From a virus, in UHGV virus genome UHGV-0021788: a stretch of DNA of 64,000 nucleotides; one strand, given 5' to 3'. Positions within the stretch are counted from its first letter, which is position 1, and each line of letters opens with the position of its first letter. The translations under genes and the position numbers were made by a program. The notes under the pieces are model-generated. The model did not search any database. It was not told the DNA's origin and saw nothing but the letters and a program-made list of their open reading frames with translations. Shown one piece after another: positions 39,516 through 49,768 of this stretch.

Positions 39516-40340
39516 ATGAAAAAGGTAAAAGAAGAAAAATTATATTTTGGTATACCTATAAAGTTTAACAATGAAGTTACTTTATATCAACCAACTTTAA
39601 AAGATATAATTTATAGTGATTTATCTTTTGAGGCTCTAGTAGAACCATTTATGTCTTTAGATAAAAGAAATTTTGAATCAGAAGAAGAAAATAGTGAATT
39701 AAATAATTTTGATATGTTTTTTATTCAAATATTTACTTCTTATCTATCTGTACTTAAAAATGGTGAAAATATCACTTTACAAGAATGGTTAGATTCAGAA
39801 ATCTCTAAAGGCTTAGTAATTAATAGGCTTGTAAAAGTTATTAAATTTTTGTTCAAGACTGATGATGTTCAAGTTTCAATATGTGAAAATATCATTGATA
39901 AATTGGATGATAATTATATTTTAATCAATAAGTCTTATAAAATAAATAGAAACAACTATGAGGACTTTAAATGGATAATCTGTGATATCTTTGATACAGA
40001 TATGAAAGTAGAAAAAAAACGTCCTCAAACTGAAGAAGAAGATGAACTTGCTAAAAGATTCGCTAAGAAGAAAGCAAGTTATGAGAAACAATATGGTAGA
40101 GAAGCTAGAGAAGGTAGAAATAAAGACCATTTAACAATTTATACTCTAGTTAACTACATAGTAAATAATAAAAATTCTCAATACACTTATGAAAGTATAC
40201 AAGATTTAACAATATATCAAATTAAAAATACTTTCAAATATTATCAAAATCAAGAAAGTTATGATATAGATATCAGATATAGAACTAGTGGTAATTTTAA
40301 AATAGATAAAAAAAGTGAACATTGGTTCTTTGATAAATAA
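39516..40340 (+). CDS. Hypothetical structural protein (274 aa)
   Basis: ORF; position. Confidence 0.4.
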   Translation: MKKVKEEKLYFGIPIKFNNEVTLYQPTLKDIIYSDLSFEALVEPFMSLDKRNFESEEENSELNNFDMFFIQIFTSYLSVLKNGENITLQEWLDSEISKGLVINRLVKVIKFLFKTDDVQVSICENIIDKLDDNYILINKSYKINRNNYEDFKWIICDIFDTDMKVEKKRPQTEEEDELAKRFAKKKASYEKQYGREAREGRNKDHLTIYTLVNYIVNNKNSQYTYESIQDLTIYQIKNTFKYYQNQESYDIDIRYRTSGNFKIDKKSEHWFFDK

Positions 40341-40373
40341 AATATAAAATAATAAAAAGAAAGGTGATTATAA

Positions 40374-40559
40374 ATGGCTACACTTTTTGCTATAAAAGAT
40401 GCTATAGATTTAAAAATAACTAAAAAAGGTGAACAAACAGTTTTCACTACAATAGACTATTTAAATGATTGTCAAATAGAAATGGACTCAGAACAAGTAT
40501 ATGCACTTAAAAAAGGAGATAACTACATATCATTCTCAAGTGGTAGAACAGGAATAACT
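40374..40559 (+). CDS. Major tail (tube) protein exon 1
   Basis: ORF ends 'GITY*' inside the intron 5' block; junction 40559(U)|41699 gives '...SGRTGIT-ALTMNCQV...' in frame. Confidence 0.55.
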
Positions 40560-40765
40560 TATTAATAATAAAACGTTCCCTATGTTTGTAAAAAGCATAG
40601 CAAATCCTTTTAATTGCTGGAAACTCCTAAAGCTCAATTCACTAAAACATAATCTGAAAATGATAAGTGTGAATGTTACGAAAGTAGAAAAAAGTAATTG
40701 AGATTACCCAAGGTTAAATCCTAAAGGTGAATGAATGGACAATCAGCAGGTAAGATTTATATTTA

Positions 40766-40822
40766 TTTTACTTTACTTTTAATAATTAAATTTGTATAAT
40801 ATAAGTAAATGGAGGTGGCAAA
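40766..40822 (+). promoter_or_regulatory. Conserved promoter + RBS cassette (copy 8)
   Basis: 'ttttactttacttttaataattaaatttgtataatataagtaaatggaggtgg'. Confidence 0.6.
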
Positions 40823-41536
40823 ATGGGAGTTATTAAATATGATTATGATTTCGTTAAAAAATATATCGAAAGTTTTAATTATAAATTATTAAGTGATTAT
40901 ATTGGTATACATGATAAAATAACATTAAAATGTCCTAAAAACCATATTTATAAAACTTCATTTAATAGTTTTTATAGTAACAACTGTAGATGTGGAAAAT
41001 GTAAAAATTTAGAAACAGCAAATAAGAGAAAATATTCAATTGAATACGTTAAAGAATATTTAAATTTATTTGGATATAAATTATTAACAGAAAACTATAT
41101 TAACAATAAACAAAAATTAAAAATAGAATGTGAAAAGGGACACATTTTCTATATGAGTTTTAGTAAATTTAAAAATGCAAAACAAAGATGTCCAGTGTGC
41201 AAAATGTCAAGTGGCGAACAAGAAATTTATAGAATATTACATAAATATTTTGATGACATTGAAATACAATATAAATTTAATGACTGTAAAGATAAAAAAA
41301 GACTTCCATTTGATTTTTATTTACCTCAATATAATTGTTGTATAGAATTTGATGGTATTCAACATTTTGAATATCAGCCACATTTTGGAACTTATTCTAA
41401 ATTTTTAAAACAGCAAAAAAGAGATGAAATAAAAACAGAATATTGTAAAAAAAATAATATAAAATTAATAAGAATAGCTTATTATGAATTTGATAAAATA
41501 GATGAAATTATAAAAAATGAATTAAAAGTAAAATAA
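40823..41536 (+). CDS. Intron-encoded modular homing endonuclease: 2-3 Cys/His repeats + Vsr/DUF559-like nuclease
   Basis: 'RLPFDFYLPQYNCCIEFDGIQHFE...NIKLIRIAYY'. Confidence 0.65.
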   Translation: MGVIKYDYDFVKKYIESFNYKLLSDYIGIHDKITLKCPKNHIYKTSFNSFYSNNCRCGKCKNLETANKRKYSIEYVKEYLNLFGYKLLTENYINNKQKLKIECEKGHIFYMSFSKFKNAKQRCPVCKMSSGEQEIYRILHKYFDDIEIQYKFNDCKDKKRLPFDFYLPQYNCCIEFDGIQHFEYQPHFGTYSKFLKQQKRDEIKTEYCKKNNIKLIRIAYYEFDKIDEIIKNELKVK

Positions 41537-41698
41537 TAAATATGAATAAACTTCAACGACTATCCCTAAATGGGAGTACACTCAAGTGGGTGGAAATGGA
41601 GGATACCTAGAAATAGGTAGTGATATAGTCTACTCTTACATGAAAATGTAAGCAGTCGAAAGACGGTATGAGATTAACGACCTCATGCGAATGTTAAG

Positions 41699-42070
41699 GC
41701 ATTGACAATGAATTGTCAAGTAATGGACGATGACTTCTTATGTATGATGCTTGGTGCTACTAAAAGTTCAGATGGTAAAATATCTGTAACATCTTCAGTT
41801 CCAAACCAAAGTTATACAGCAGAAGGTACTTTTAGAACTACTTCATTAGCTGGAGACCAATACAAAAAAATAAAATTCTACAACTTAAAAGCACAAGTTT
41901 CAGCTGACTTAACTTTATCTGCTTCTGATGTTTCTGAATTCTCATTAAAATTAGATATAATGGCAGATGATACTGGTAAAATATTAGATATAGAAAACAC
42001 TACTGGTGGTATATCTGCTGGATTTAATGAACCAGAAGTTGTTTCTATAAAAACTAAAGCTGATAAATAA
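41699..42070 (+). CDS. Major tail (tube) protein exon 2
   Basis: Open frame from the intron terminal G through 42070; Ser/Thr-rich beta-type sequence typical of siphovirus tube proteins; strong terminator follows. Confidence 0.55.
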   Translation, partial: ALTMNCQVMDDDFLCMMLGATKSSDGKISVTSSVPNQSYTAEGTFRTTSLAGDQYKKIKFYNLKAQVSADLTLSASDVSEFSLKLDIMADDTGKILDIENTTGGISAGFNEPEVVSIKTKADK

Positions 42071-42091
42071 TTAAATATATACTTGATAAAT

Positions 42092-42129
42092 GGTGAGAGA
42101 TAACTACTATCTCTTACCATTTTTTTTAT
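42092..42129 (+). terminator. Rho-independent terminator after tail tube gene
   Basis: 'ggtgagagataactactatctcttacc' followed by a T8 run. Confidence 0.75.
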
Positions 42130-42173
42130 GCCCTAATAGTCTTATTTTAGATATGTAAAATAAAAAGAAGGAG

Positions 42174-42728
42174 ATGATTTTTGTGGATAGATTAGCATTC
42201 ACAAGCGATTTAATCGCAGACGATATAAGATGTAAATTAAAAGTTATAAGTAAAGAGGATGGTGAACCTAGCTATATAACTGTATGGAATATTAAAGGTG
42301 AAAGAAGACAAGAAGTATTAAATGAATTAAATACTATTATGGAATTACATAATGAAGATGATGAAAAATTATTTAATATGTTTTATACTAACCTTATCTT
42401 AGAATTTACTGATTTAGTAATGGATACTGATGATGTATTATTTTTATTAAATGATAGTACATTAGCTGGAAAAATGTTAATGCAAGAATTTAATGATATG
42501 ATATATGAAATACAATATGAAATAGCTATGGATAACTTACAACAAACTAGAAATTTAGCTATGGCTTTAATAACTCAAACTGCAATAGATGAAATGAATT
42601 ATGCACAAGAAAGAGTAGACAGAGCTAAAGATAAAAGAGATAAAAATATTTTTATAGATTTAGAAAAAGAAAAAAGAGAAAAACATCTTGCCTGTAAAAG
42701 AAAAGGAAATAAAAAATATAAAAAATAG
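42174..42728 (+). CDS. Tail assembly chaperone-like protein (184 aa, acidic/helical, basic C-terminus)
   Basis: Position between tube and tape measure genes; composition. Confidence 0.45.
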   Translation: MIFVDRLAFTSDLIADDIRCKLKVISKEDGEPSYITVWNIKGERRQEVLNELNTIMELHNEDDEKLFNMFYTNLILEFTDLVMDTDDVLFLLNDSTLAGKMLMQEFNDMIYEIQYEIAMDNLQQTRNLAMALITQTAIDEMNYAQERVDRAKDKRDKNIFIDLEKEKREKHLACKRKGNKKYKK

Positions 42729-42731
42729 GAT

Positions 42732-43157
42732 GTGATTGAATTGGTTTTTGATTCAATGGGACAACTAGAAGCATATGTATTAAGGGCAATGAATGATTGT
42801 GCTAAATTAAGTGCAGATAAAATGTTAGATATAATGACAGAAGAATTAGAAAATAGAGTTTATGATAATTATTCACCTAACATATATGTAAGAACAGGTG
42901 ATTTGATGAATACACCTCAAGTAATTTCTGCTAATTCAACTGGAATGCATACTGAATTTGTAGATAATGGTGGTTGGTTTAGTTTAGTAGGTGCAACAAA
43001 AGGGCAACATTTCTTTGCTTTAGAAGGATTAGAAGGTGGTCATTCTTGGGGAAGAGAAGCAACGAATGCTTACCCATTTGCTTACACTAGATGTCTTTCT
43101 GAAATACCAGATTATTATAGAAAATGTTTAGTGGCATTTGGGATACCAATAGTTTAA
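42732..43157 (+). CDS. Second tail-assembly-chaperone-position ORF (141 aa), same frame as the previous ORF, separated by a single TAG
   Basis: GTG at 42732; upstream ORF stop TAG at 42726-28 is in the same frame. Confidence 0.45.
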   Translation: MIELVFDSMGQLEAYVLRAMNDCAKLSADKMLDIMTEELENRVYDNYSPNIYVRTGDLMNTPQVISANSTGMHTEFVDNGGWFSLVGATKGQHFFALEGLEGGHSWGREATNAYPFAYTRCLSEIPDYYRKCLVAFGIPIV

Positions 43158-43191
43158 TCAATCTATTAATAAGAAAGAGTGGTGGTAATTA

Positions 43192-46100
43192 GTGAGCGAA
43201 TTTGATATAAGAATTGGTACGCAACTAGATACTAGTAAAGCGTTACAAGAATTAATGGAATTTGTCAAAAAATATGACAATAAAGAAAAGATAAATATAG
43301 ACATAGGTCAATCAAAAGGTGCTAATAATGTAAAGAATACAACTAAAGCTATGAAAGAAATGCAAAAAATAGCTAAGACATTAGGAAATACAAAGATTGA
43401 CGTAGGTAGTAACATAGGTAAAGCAACCAATGAAGCTACCAAATCATTAGAAAATAGTATAGATAAACAAGCCAAATCTATTGCTAAAATAACTAGTGGT
43501 GCACAAAGAGATTTAACTAAAGATGCTCAAAAGGGTATTGAAAATAGTCTTAAAGGTATTACTACAGAAATGAAGAATACCCAAAGAAATGTCGACAAGA
43601 TGATTGGTACTCTTGAACGAGCTAAGAAGGTTGAATTAATAGACCAAAAAGGTTTAGATGAAGGATTAGCTAAATTAAAAGATATGAAAGCTAACCTTAG
43701 AATAGACAATGTTGGTGATGTAGAGAAAAAATTAGGCGAAGTAGCAAATGACTATAAAAGATTAATGTCAGATGCAACTAAAGAAGCATTTAATAATGTT
43801 GAAGTATCAGGATTATTAGAGGATTTAAAAGTTGTTAGAGAAGCTATGTCAGCTAAAAACATGGACTTAACTGGTGTTGATACTTTAATTTCTAAAGCTA
43901 AACAACTTACTTCTTTAAGTGTTGACCAAATGTTAAAACAATATAAAGAGTTAAGACAAGTATTTAGTAAAGAATTAAAGATACCATTAGGTTTAAATGG
44001 TGTAATGAATGCTGAAACTGCAATTAAAAATGTTTTAGATTATAAAAACAAATTAACTGCTAAAATTTCAGTTGAAACAAATTCAGAGCAAGTAGATATT
44101 TTAAGAGATAAAATAGTAAGATGTGATGAAGTTGTTAAACAACTTGAAGGAGACTTAAATTTAGTAGGTAGAAGTACAGCATTAAACTTAATGGAACAAT
44201 CCAATGAAAGAGAATTAGATACATTAAGTGCTAAGTTAAAGAGATGTAAGAATGATTATGCTAACTTAGAAAAAGAAAGACAAAGATTAAATAGAGATAG
44301 TAGATACATTGGAACAGAAGATTTAAGTAATATAGAAAAACAATCATTAGCTATAAAGAAAGCTCTTGATAGTTTAAATATTGGAAATTTAAATACAGAT
44401 AAAATAAATAAAGTTACTGGCGATATAAATAATTTAAGAAAAACAATAGAATTAACTGGTAATTCAGCTAAAAAATTAGATATAGAAGCAACAGTTAAAG
44501 TAGATATGAAAACTGCTCAAGACCAATTAAATGGTATGTATTCTGCTTTAATAAAATCTAATAAATCTACCGTAATGGTTAAAAAATATAAAGATGAATT
44601 AGAAGGATTATTTGATTTATCTAAAACTAATCCAGGTGTAGCATTAGATAAAATAAGTGGTTTTATAGAAAAAGTAAATAAAGAAGCAAGTAATAAAGGT
44701 TTAGGTAAGATAACTGGTGGTTTAGACCAATATAAACAATATTTAAAAGATTATGAAACATTAGTTAAAAAGGCTAGTGGTACTACAGATATTGGTTTTG
44801 CAAAAGCTTACAAATCAGAAGTTACACAAATAGAAAAAGCATTAGACCAATTAGAAAGTGGATTTAATCAAACTCAAAAATCTATGGCTAAAGCTTTAAG
44901 ATTAGAATCAATTAATAAGAACACTCAAGAGTTTACTAATCAAGTTGAAAAATCTATTAAGAAAACTCAAGAATATAAAAAAGAGTTACAAACTCTTAAT
45001 AAAGATGTAAATTTTGATGGTCTTACTTCTAAATTAGGTCAAAAAGTCAAAGAAGAATTTGACGGAATGATTAACAAAACTAATCAATTAGAAAAAAGAC
45101 TTGGTAATATGTTATCATCAGGTAACATAAATACTACTGAATTATCTAAATTAAAATCAGAACTTGAAAGTACTTTTTCTGGTCTTTCTAAACTTAAAGA
45201 TACTAGTATTAAAATTAAAACTGATGAAACTATATCAGGACTTAATAAAATTAAAAAAGATTTAGAATCATTAGGTCAAGATACTAGTCAAATAGAAAGA
45301 GTTATTAATGCATTAAAACAACTTAAAGCTAATTTCAGTGGTGGTACAGCAGGTTATAAAGAATTAGCTAATGGAATAAAAGCTATTGGAAAAGATAATA
45401 ACTTGGAAAAACTAAATAGTTCTTTAGAAAAATCAACTAAAAAATTTAATAACTTAGCTAAGGTTGTTGGAGAATTAAAGGTTAAAAATATAGGAAATAT
45501 AGACCAAGGTGCTTTTCAATCTTTAGACAGTCAAGTTGCACGAATACAATCTCATATAGAAGGTTTAAATAAAAAAGATATATCTTTAATAGATGTTAAA
45601 AAGGTTGAAGCTGAAGTAAATGAATTAAGCAACTGTGTAGAAAAAACGAGTAGTGAATTAACTCAGTATAGTAGATATTTAGAAGAATATAAAAGATTAT
45701 CTAGCCAAGCAGGTAAAACAAATGATGTTAATTTAGCTACAAAATATCAACAAGAAGCAGAAGGTATAAAAGGTGTATTAACTCAATTAGAAAGCGAATT
45801 TACACAAGCTCAAAAATCTATTGCTCAAGGATTAAAAACAGATGCCTTCTCAAATGCTAATGAAAAAATGTCTTCTGAAATTAATAAAACAATTAATACA
45901 GTTGATGGTCTTAAAGAAAAACTTAATTCATTAAATAAAGATGTACATTTTGAAAATATGACATCTGAATTAGGTAAAGGATTAAATGACCAATTTAATA
46001 CTTTAACTAGTAAAGGTGAAGAATTAAAAAATAAATTAAGTAAAATATTAGCATCTGATAATGTGGATATTTCTGCTTTAAGTAAAATTAAAAAAGAAAT

Positions 46101-48327
46101 AAATGAGTTTGCAAGTGAAGTTAATAATTTAAAAAATTCTGCAATGGATAATGTTATTAGAGAATCTTTTGATAACATTAAAATACCTAATTTAAATAAA
46201 CAACTAGAAGCAGTTAAAGATTTAATGTCACTTAAAAATATGGATACTAGTGGTATAGATGCCTTAATAGAAAGAACTAAAAAACTATCAAGCTTAAGCG
46301 TAGATAAAATAGGTCAAGAATTTAAGGAAATACAAAATGCACTTGGTAAAGAAATTAATTTACGTTTAGGTACTAGTGGTATTAAAGATATAGAATCTGC
46401 ATTAAAAGTCATATTACAATATAGAAATGAATTAAAAAATAAAATAGCAGTAGAAACAGACCCATCAAAAGTAAAAGACCTTAATAGTCAATTAGAAAAA
46501 ACTGAAAGCATAATAGAAAAACTTAAAGGTCAAACAAGTAATGGGCTTGGTGCAAGTTTAATTGGTGATGCTGACAAAAACAATTTGAAACAATTAGAAG
46601 ATACTGCTGATAAATTAAAGAAAACATTCTCTAATTTAGAAAACGAAGTAAATAAATTAAACAATGAAGCATTGAATAAAGTTGACATAAGTCAATTAAG
46701 AGAAATGAATGAAGTTGTTAATGATGTAAAGAAAAATTTAGCATCTATTGGAGAAGGAAATGTTAATGTTAATTCAATAAATAAAACAGCACAAGACATA
46801 GAAAAATTAAAAGGACTAATAGAAAACACTAAAAAGACAATTAGTGATATGAAATTGGAAGTTTCATTTAATGTTAAATCAAATGAAGCAGAACAATATT
46901 TAGCAGGTTTTGAATCAGCATTATTAAGATTAGGTAAATCAACCAGTGGAATAAATGCTTTAAAGAGTGAATTTGAAAGTATAAAAAATTCAGCTAATGG
47001 AAATTTAAGTAGTGCCATAAAAATGATTGATGACTTTATTAACAAATTAAAACAAATGGGTAGTAAACAAGGCTTAGGCAACATAAGTGGTACTATGTCT
47101 CAATATAAACAATATACTAAAGAATTACAACAAGCCATGAGTGGGGCATTAAAATCTAGTGGTTCTGATACAGCTAAAGGATTTGAACAACAAGCTGAAC
47201 GAATAAAGAGTGCTATAAAACGTTTGGTTGCAAGTTTCAAAGAATCACAAAGAGAATCGGCTAATGCTTTTAATGGTAGTACATTTAGTGGTTTTTCTTC
47301 TAAATATGAAGCTGAAATAAATAAAGTTGAAAAAAGCATAAACAGATTTAAATCATCAATGCAAAACTTAGATAAAGCTGTAAACTTTAAAGGCTTTCAA
47401 ACAAATTTAGGTAAAGGTTTATCTGAAGAATTTGACCAAATAATGGCGAAAGCTGAACAATTAAGGGATAAATTAAAGAGTGCATTATCTTCTGGTACAT
47501 TTGATATAAGTGAAATAAATAGAATAAAAGATGAATTAAAACAAGTTGAACAAGAAGCAGATTCATTAAAACAAAAATCTATAGTATTAAAATGTGCTGA
47601 AAGTATAACAGAATTAGAAAGACTTAGTGGTAAGATAAAAGATATAGGTGGAGACACATCAAAAATAGAAGAATTAAAAAATAAATTTGTTACACTTGGT
47701 ACAGGTATAAGAGAAGGTACTACAGGAATAGATGATGCAATTTCTAAATTAAAATCCTTATCTTCCGAAGCACAAAGAACTGCTAGTTCTTTTGAATCAA
47801 CTACTGGTAAAATAGGTTCTTTTGGTTCTAAAATACAAGGTTTCTTTAGTTCTATAAAGAATTCATTTAGTACTTTTACTATTGGTAATTTAATGGCTGA
47901 TGGTATAAATCAAGCTGTTTATCAAATAAAAGATACTATAACAGGTTTAGATGAAGCAATGGCTGAATTTAAAAGGGTTGCTCCTGATAACTTTAGTTTA
48001 AATACATCTAATTTACAAAGTGTTGCTAATGAAGCAAGAGAAATAGGTATTAGTGTTGGACAATCAGTAGAAGATGTTATCACTGGAATGAGTACTGCAT
48101 TACAAGCAGGTGCAGGTGATATTAAAACAGCTTCTGAAATAGCTAAGAGTTCTGCTATATTCCAAAATGTTACAGATATGAGTGCAAAGGGTGCTTCAAA
48201 AGCTATTTCTTCAATGGTTAACCAATATTATGATATGGATTCAGCATTAAATCAAGTTGACCACGGTGTAGGTAAATCCGTAAAAGGGTACAACAACCTA
48301 ACCGAAGCGATGGATTTGGTAATTGAT
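43192..48327 (+). CDS. Tape measure protein (TMP) exon 1 (~1712 aa); 3' end approximate
   Basis: GTG start after 'AAGAAAGAGTGGTGG'; long coiled-coil repeats; conserved TMP region '...NLTEAMDLVID'. The ORF-track tail 'LPFILEII*' is intron sequence conserved with intron J ('ttgccgt(c)tt..ata(g)aaata...attagaggg'). Confidence 0.65.
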
Positions 48328-48615
48328 TTGCCGTTTATATTAGAAATAATATAAATTATTAGAGGGCAAAATCGGTGAAGACTAAGTTTTTATAAATATG
48401 TTGATACCGAGATAACTTATTAGATTGCGAAAGGCTAATAAGTATTGTAGAGCATAGGAATTGAATAAATATAATATTCCCAAGAGTGCCCTCCATTCTA
48501 ACGTAAAAAGACGAGGATGAAAATATATGCCATACTGAGCTAGAATTGACTAGCTGATGAAAATGAGGGAAACCTCCAGAGCATAAGATAAAAAGCTTAT
48601 GGATAATAACAATAG
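48328..48615 (+). mobile_element. Group I intron H (family 2, no ORF, ~290 nt); boundaries approximate
   Basis: P 'aaaatcggtgaagactaagt' (48369), Q 'gataccgag' (48402), R 'gtagagcataggaattgaa' (48447), S 'gaaaatatatgcc' (48521), 3' 'gataaaaagcttatggataataacaatag'. Confidence 0.65.
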
Positions 48616-48640
48616 AAATTACGCTGGTTAGAATTAGCCA

Positions 48641-49008
48641 GGCTATATGGAAACATGTAGTACAAATCTCTTTTGAATTGCTGGAAAGGACTTAGAGCCT
48701 ATTGAACTACAACGTAGATGGAAACATCAAGCGTGAATGTTTAAAAATCAATAGGATTGTTTAATCAGCAGGTAAGATTCTAAGTAATAATTTTATATTA
48801 TTATATGAATAAACTTCAACGACTATCCCTTGGATGTTGAAATACATCAATAGGAGTACGGCTCAAGTGATTGGAGTGGGTGAGAATCCCTTAAATGGAA
48901 GTGGAAGAGGACTTATAAAGGTTCAAGATATAGTCTACTCTCGTAGGAAATCTACGAGCAGTCCTTTTTTGGACGGTATATGTGTAGCGAACATATATGA
49001 ATATTAAG
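48641..49008 (+). mobile_element. Group I intron I (family 1, no ORF, ~368 nt); 5' boundary approximate
   Basis: P 'gaattgctggaaagg' (48676), Q 'taatcagcaggtaagattc' (48764), R 'aacttcaacgactatccc' (48823), S 'aagatatagtctac' (48928), 3' 'gaatattaag'. Retains 'atgaataaacttcaacg', the sequence found at the 3' end of HEG insertions. Confidence 0.75.
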
Positions 49009-49396
49009 GAATAACTTTGCGATTTCATCTGATGGTGTAACAGAAGCATTACAACGTGGTGGTTCTGTATTATCTAACTATGGAGTAGATTTAAAAGATT
49101 CTATTGCAATGATAACTGGGGCAAATGAATCTTTACAAGACCCCGCTCGTATAGGTAATGGTTTAAAATCTATAGCAATTAACCTTTCAGGTATTAAAAC
49201 AAATGCAAAAACAGGTGCTCTTGAATTAAATAAAACAGCAAAAGCATTGCAAGAAACTGCTAAGATAGATATATTTACTGATAGTACTAAAACACAAGTT
49301 AAAGATGTTGTTACTATAATGGATGAAGTAAAAGATAAATGGGCTTCTTTAACTGATGTTGAACAAAAAGGATTGTCAGAAGCTATAGCTGGTAAT
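49009..49396 (+). CDS. TMP exon (conserved TMP core '...NNFAISSDGVTEALQRGGSVLSNYGVDLKDSIAMITGANESLQDPARIGNGLKSIAINLSG...')
   Basis: Open frame from the intron-I terminal G through 'AIAGN' at 49396; the downstream TAA (49400) and the next 50 nt are closed in all frames and so are intronic. Confidence 0.7.
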
Positions 49397-49768
49397 ATGT
49401 AAGATTAGTAAATTTATATAAATTTTTATAAAATACAAAAATCTTAAAATTGCCGTCTTTGATAGAAATATTAAAGATAATTAGAGGGATGTATCGGTGA
49501 AGCCTAAGTCGAAAGATATGGTAATACCGAGGGTATCTTAACAGAGAATATCCGTAACGCATAGGGAGTGAGCGATATTGTTAGCAATAACCTCCCCACG
49601 AGCTTCCTCCACGATTATATATAGGATAATCACTTATAGATGTTGCTACTATAAGTTCTAACGTTAAACGAGAGTGAAAATATATGCTGGACTTATGAGA
49701 AATCATAAGAAGTGGATGTGTGAATCGACACACTATTAATAGATAAAAAGCTCCACGATAACAAATCG
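49397..49768 (+). mobile_element. Group I intron J (family 2, no ORF, 372 nt)
   Basis: P 'gtatcggtgaagcctaagt' (49490), Q 'aataccgagg' (49521), R 'ccgtaacgcatagggagtgagcg' (49551), S 'gaaaatatatgctgg' (49677), P9 'gtggatgtgtgaatcgacacac...ctccacg'. Junction 49396(U)|49769 gives in-frame '...AIAGN-KTQAGVFQALMTGW...'. Confidence 0.75.

Larger units (their letters stand above)
40560..41698 (+). mobile_element. Group I intron G (family 1) carrying a Vsr-like homing endonuclease gene
   Basis: P 'taattgctggaaactcc' (40609), Q 'aatcagcaggtaagatt' (40740), ORF, R 'aacttcaacgactatccc' (41559), S 'gtgatatagtctac' (41613), 3' 'gaatgttaag'. Confidence 0.8.
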
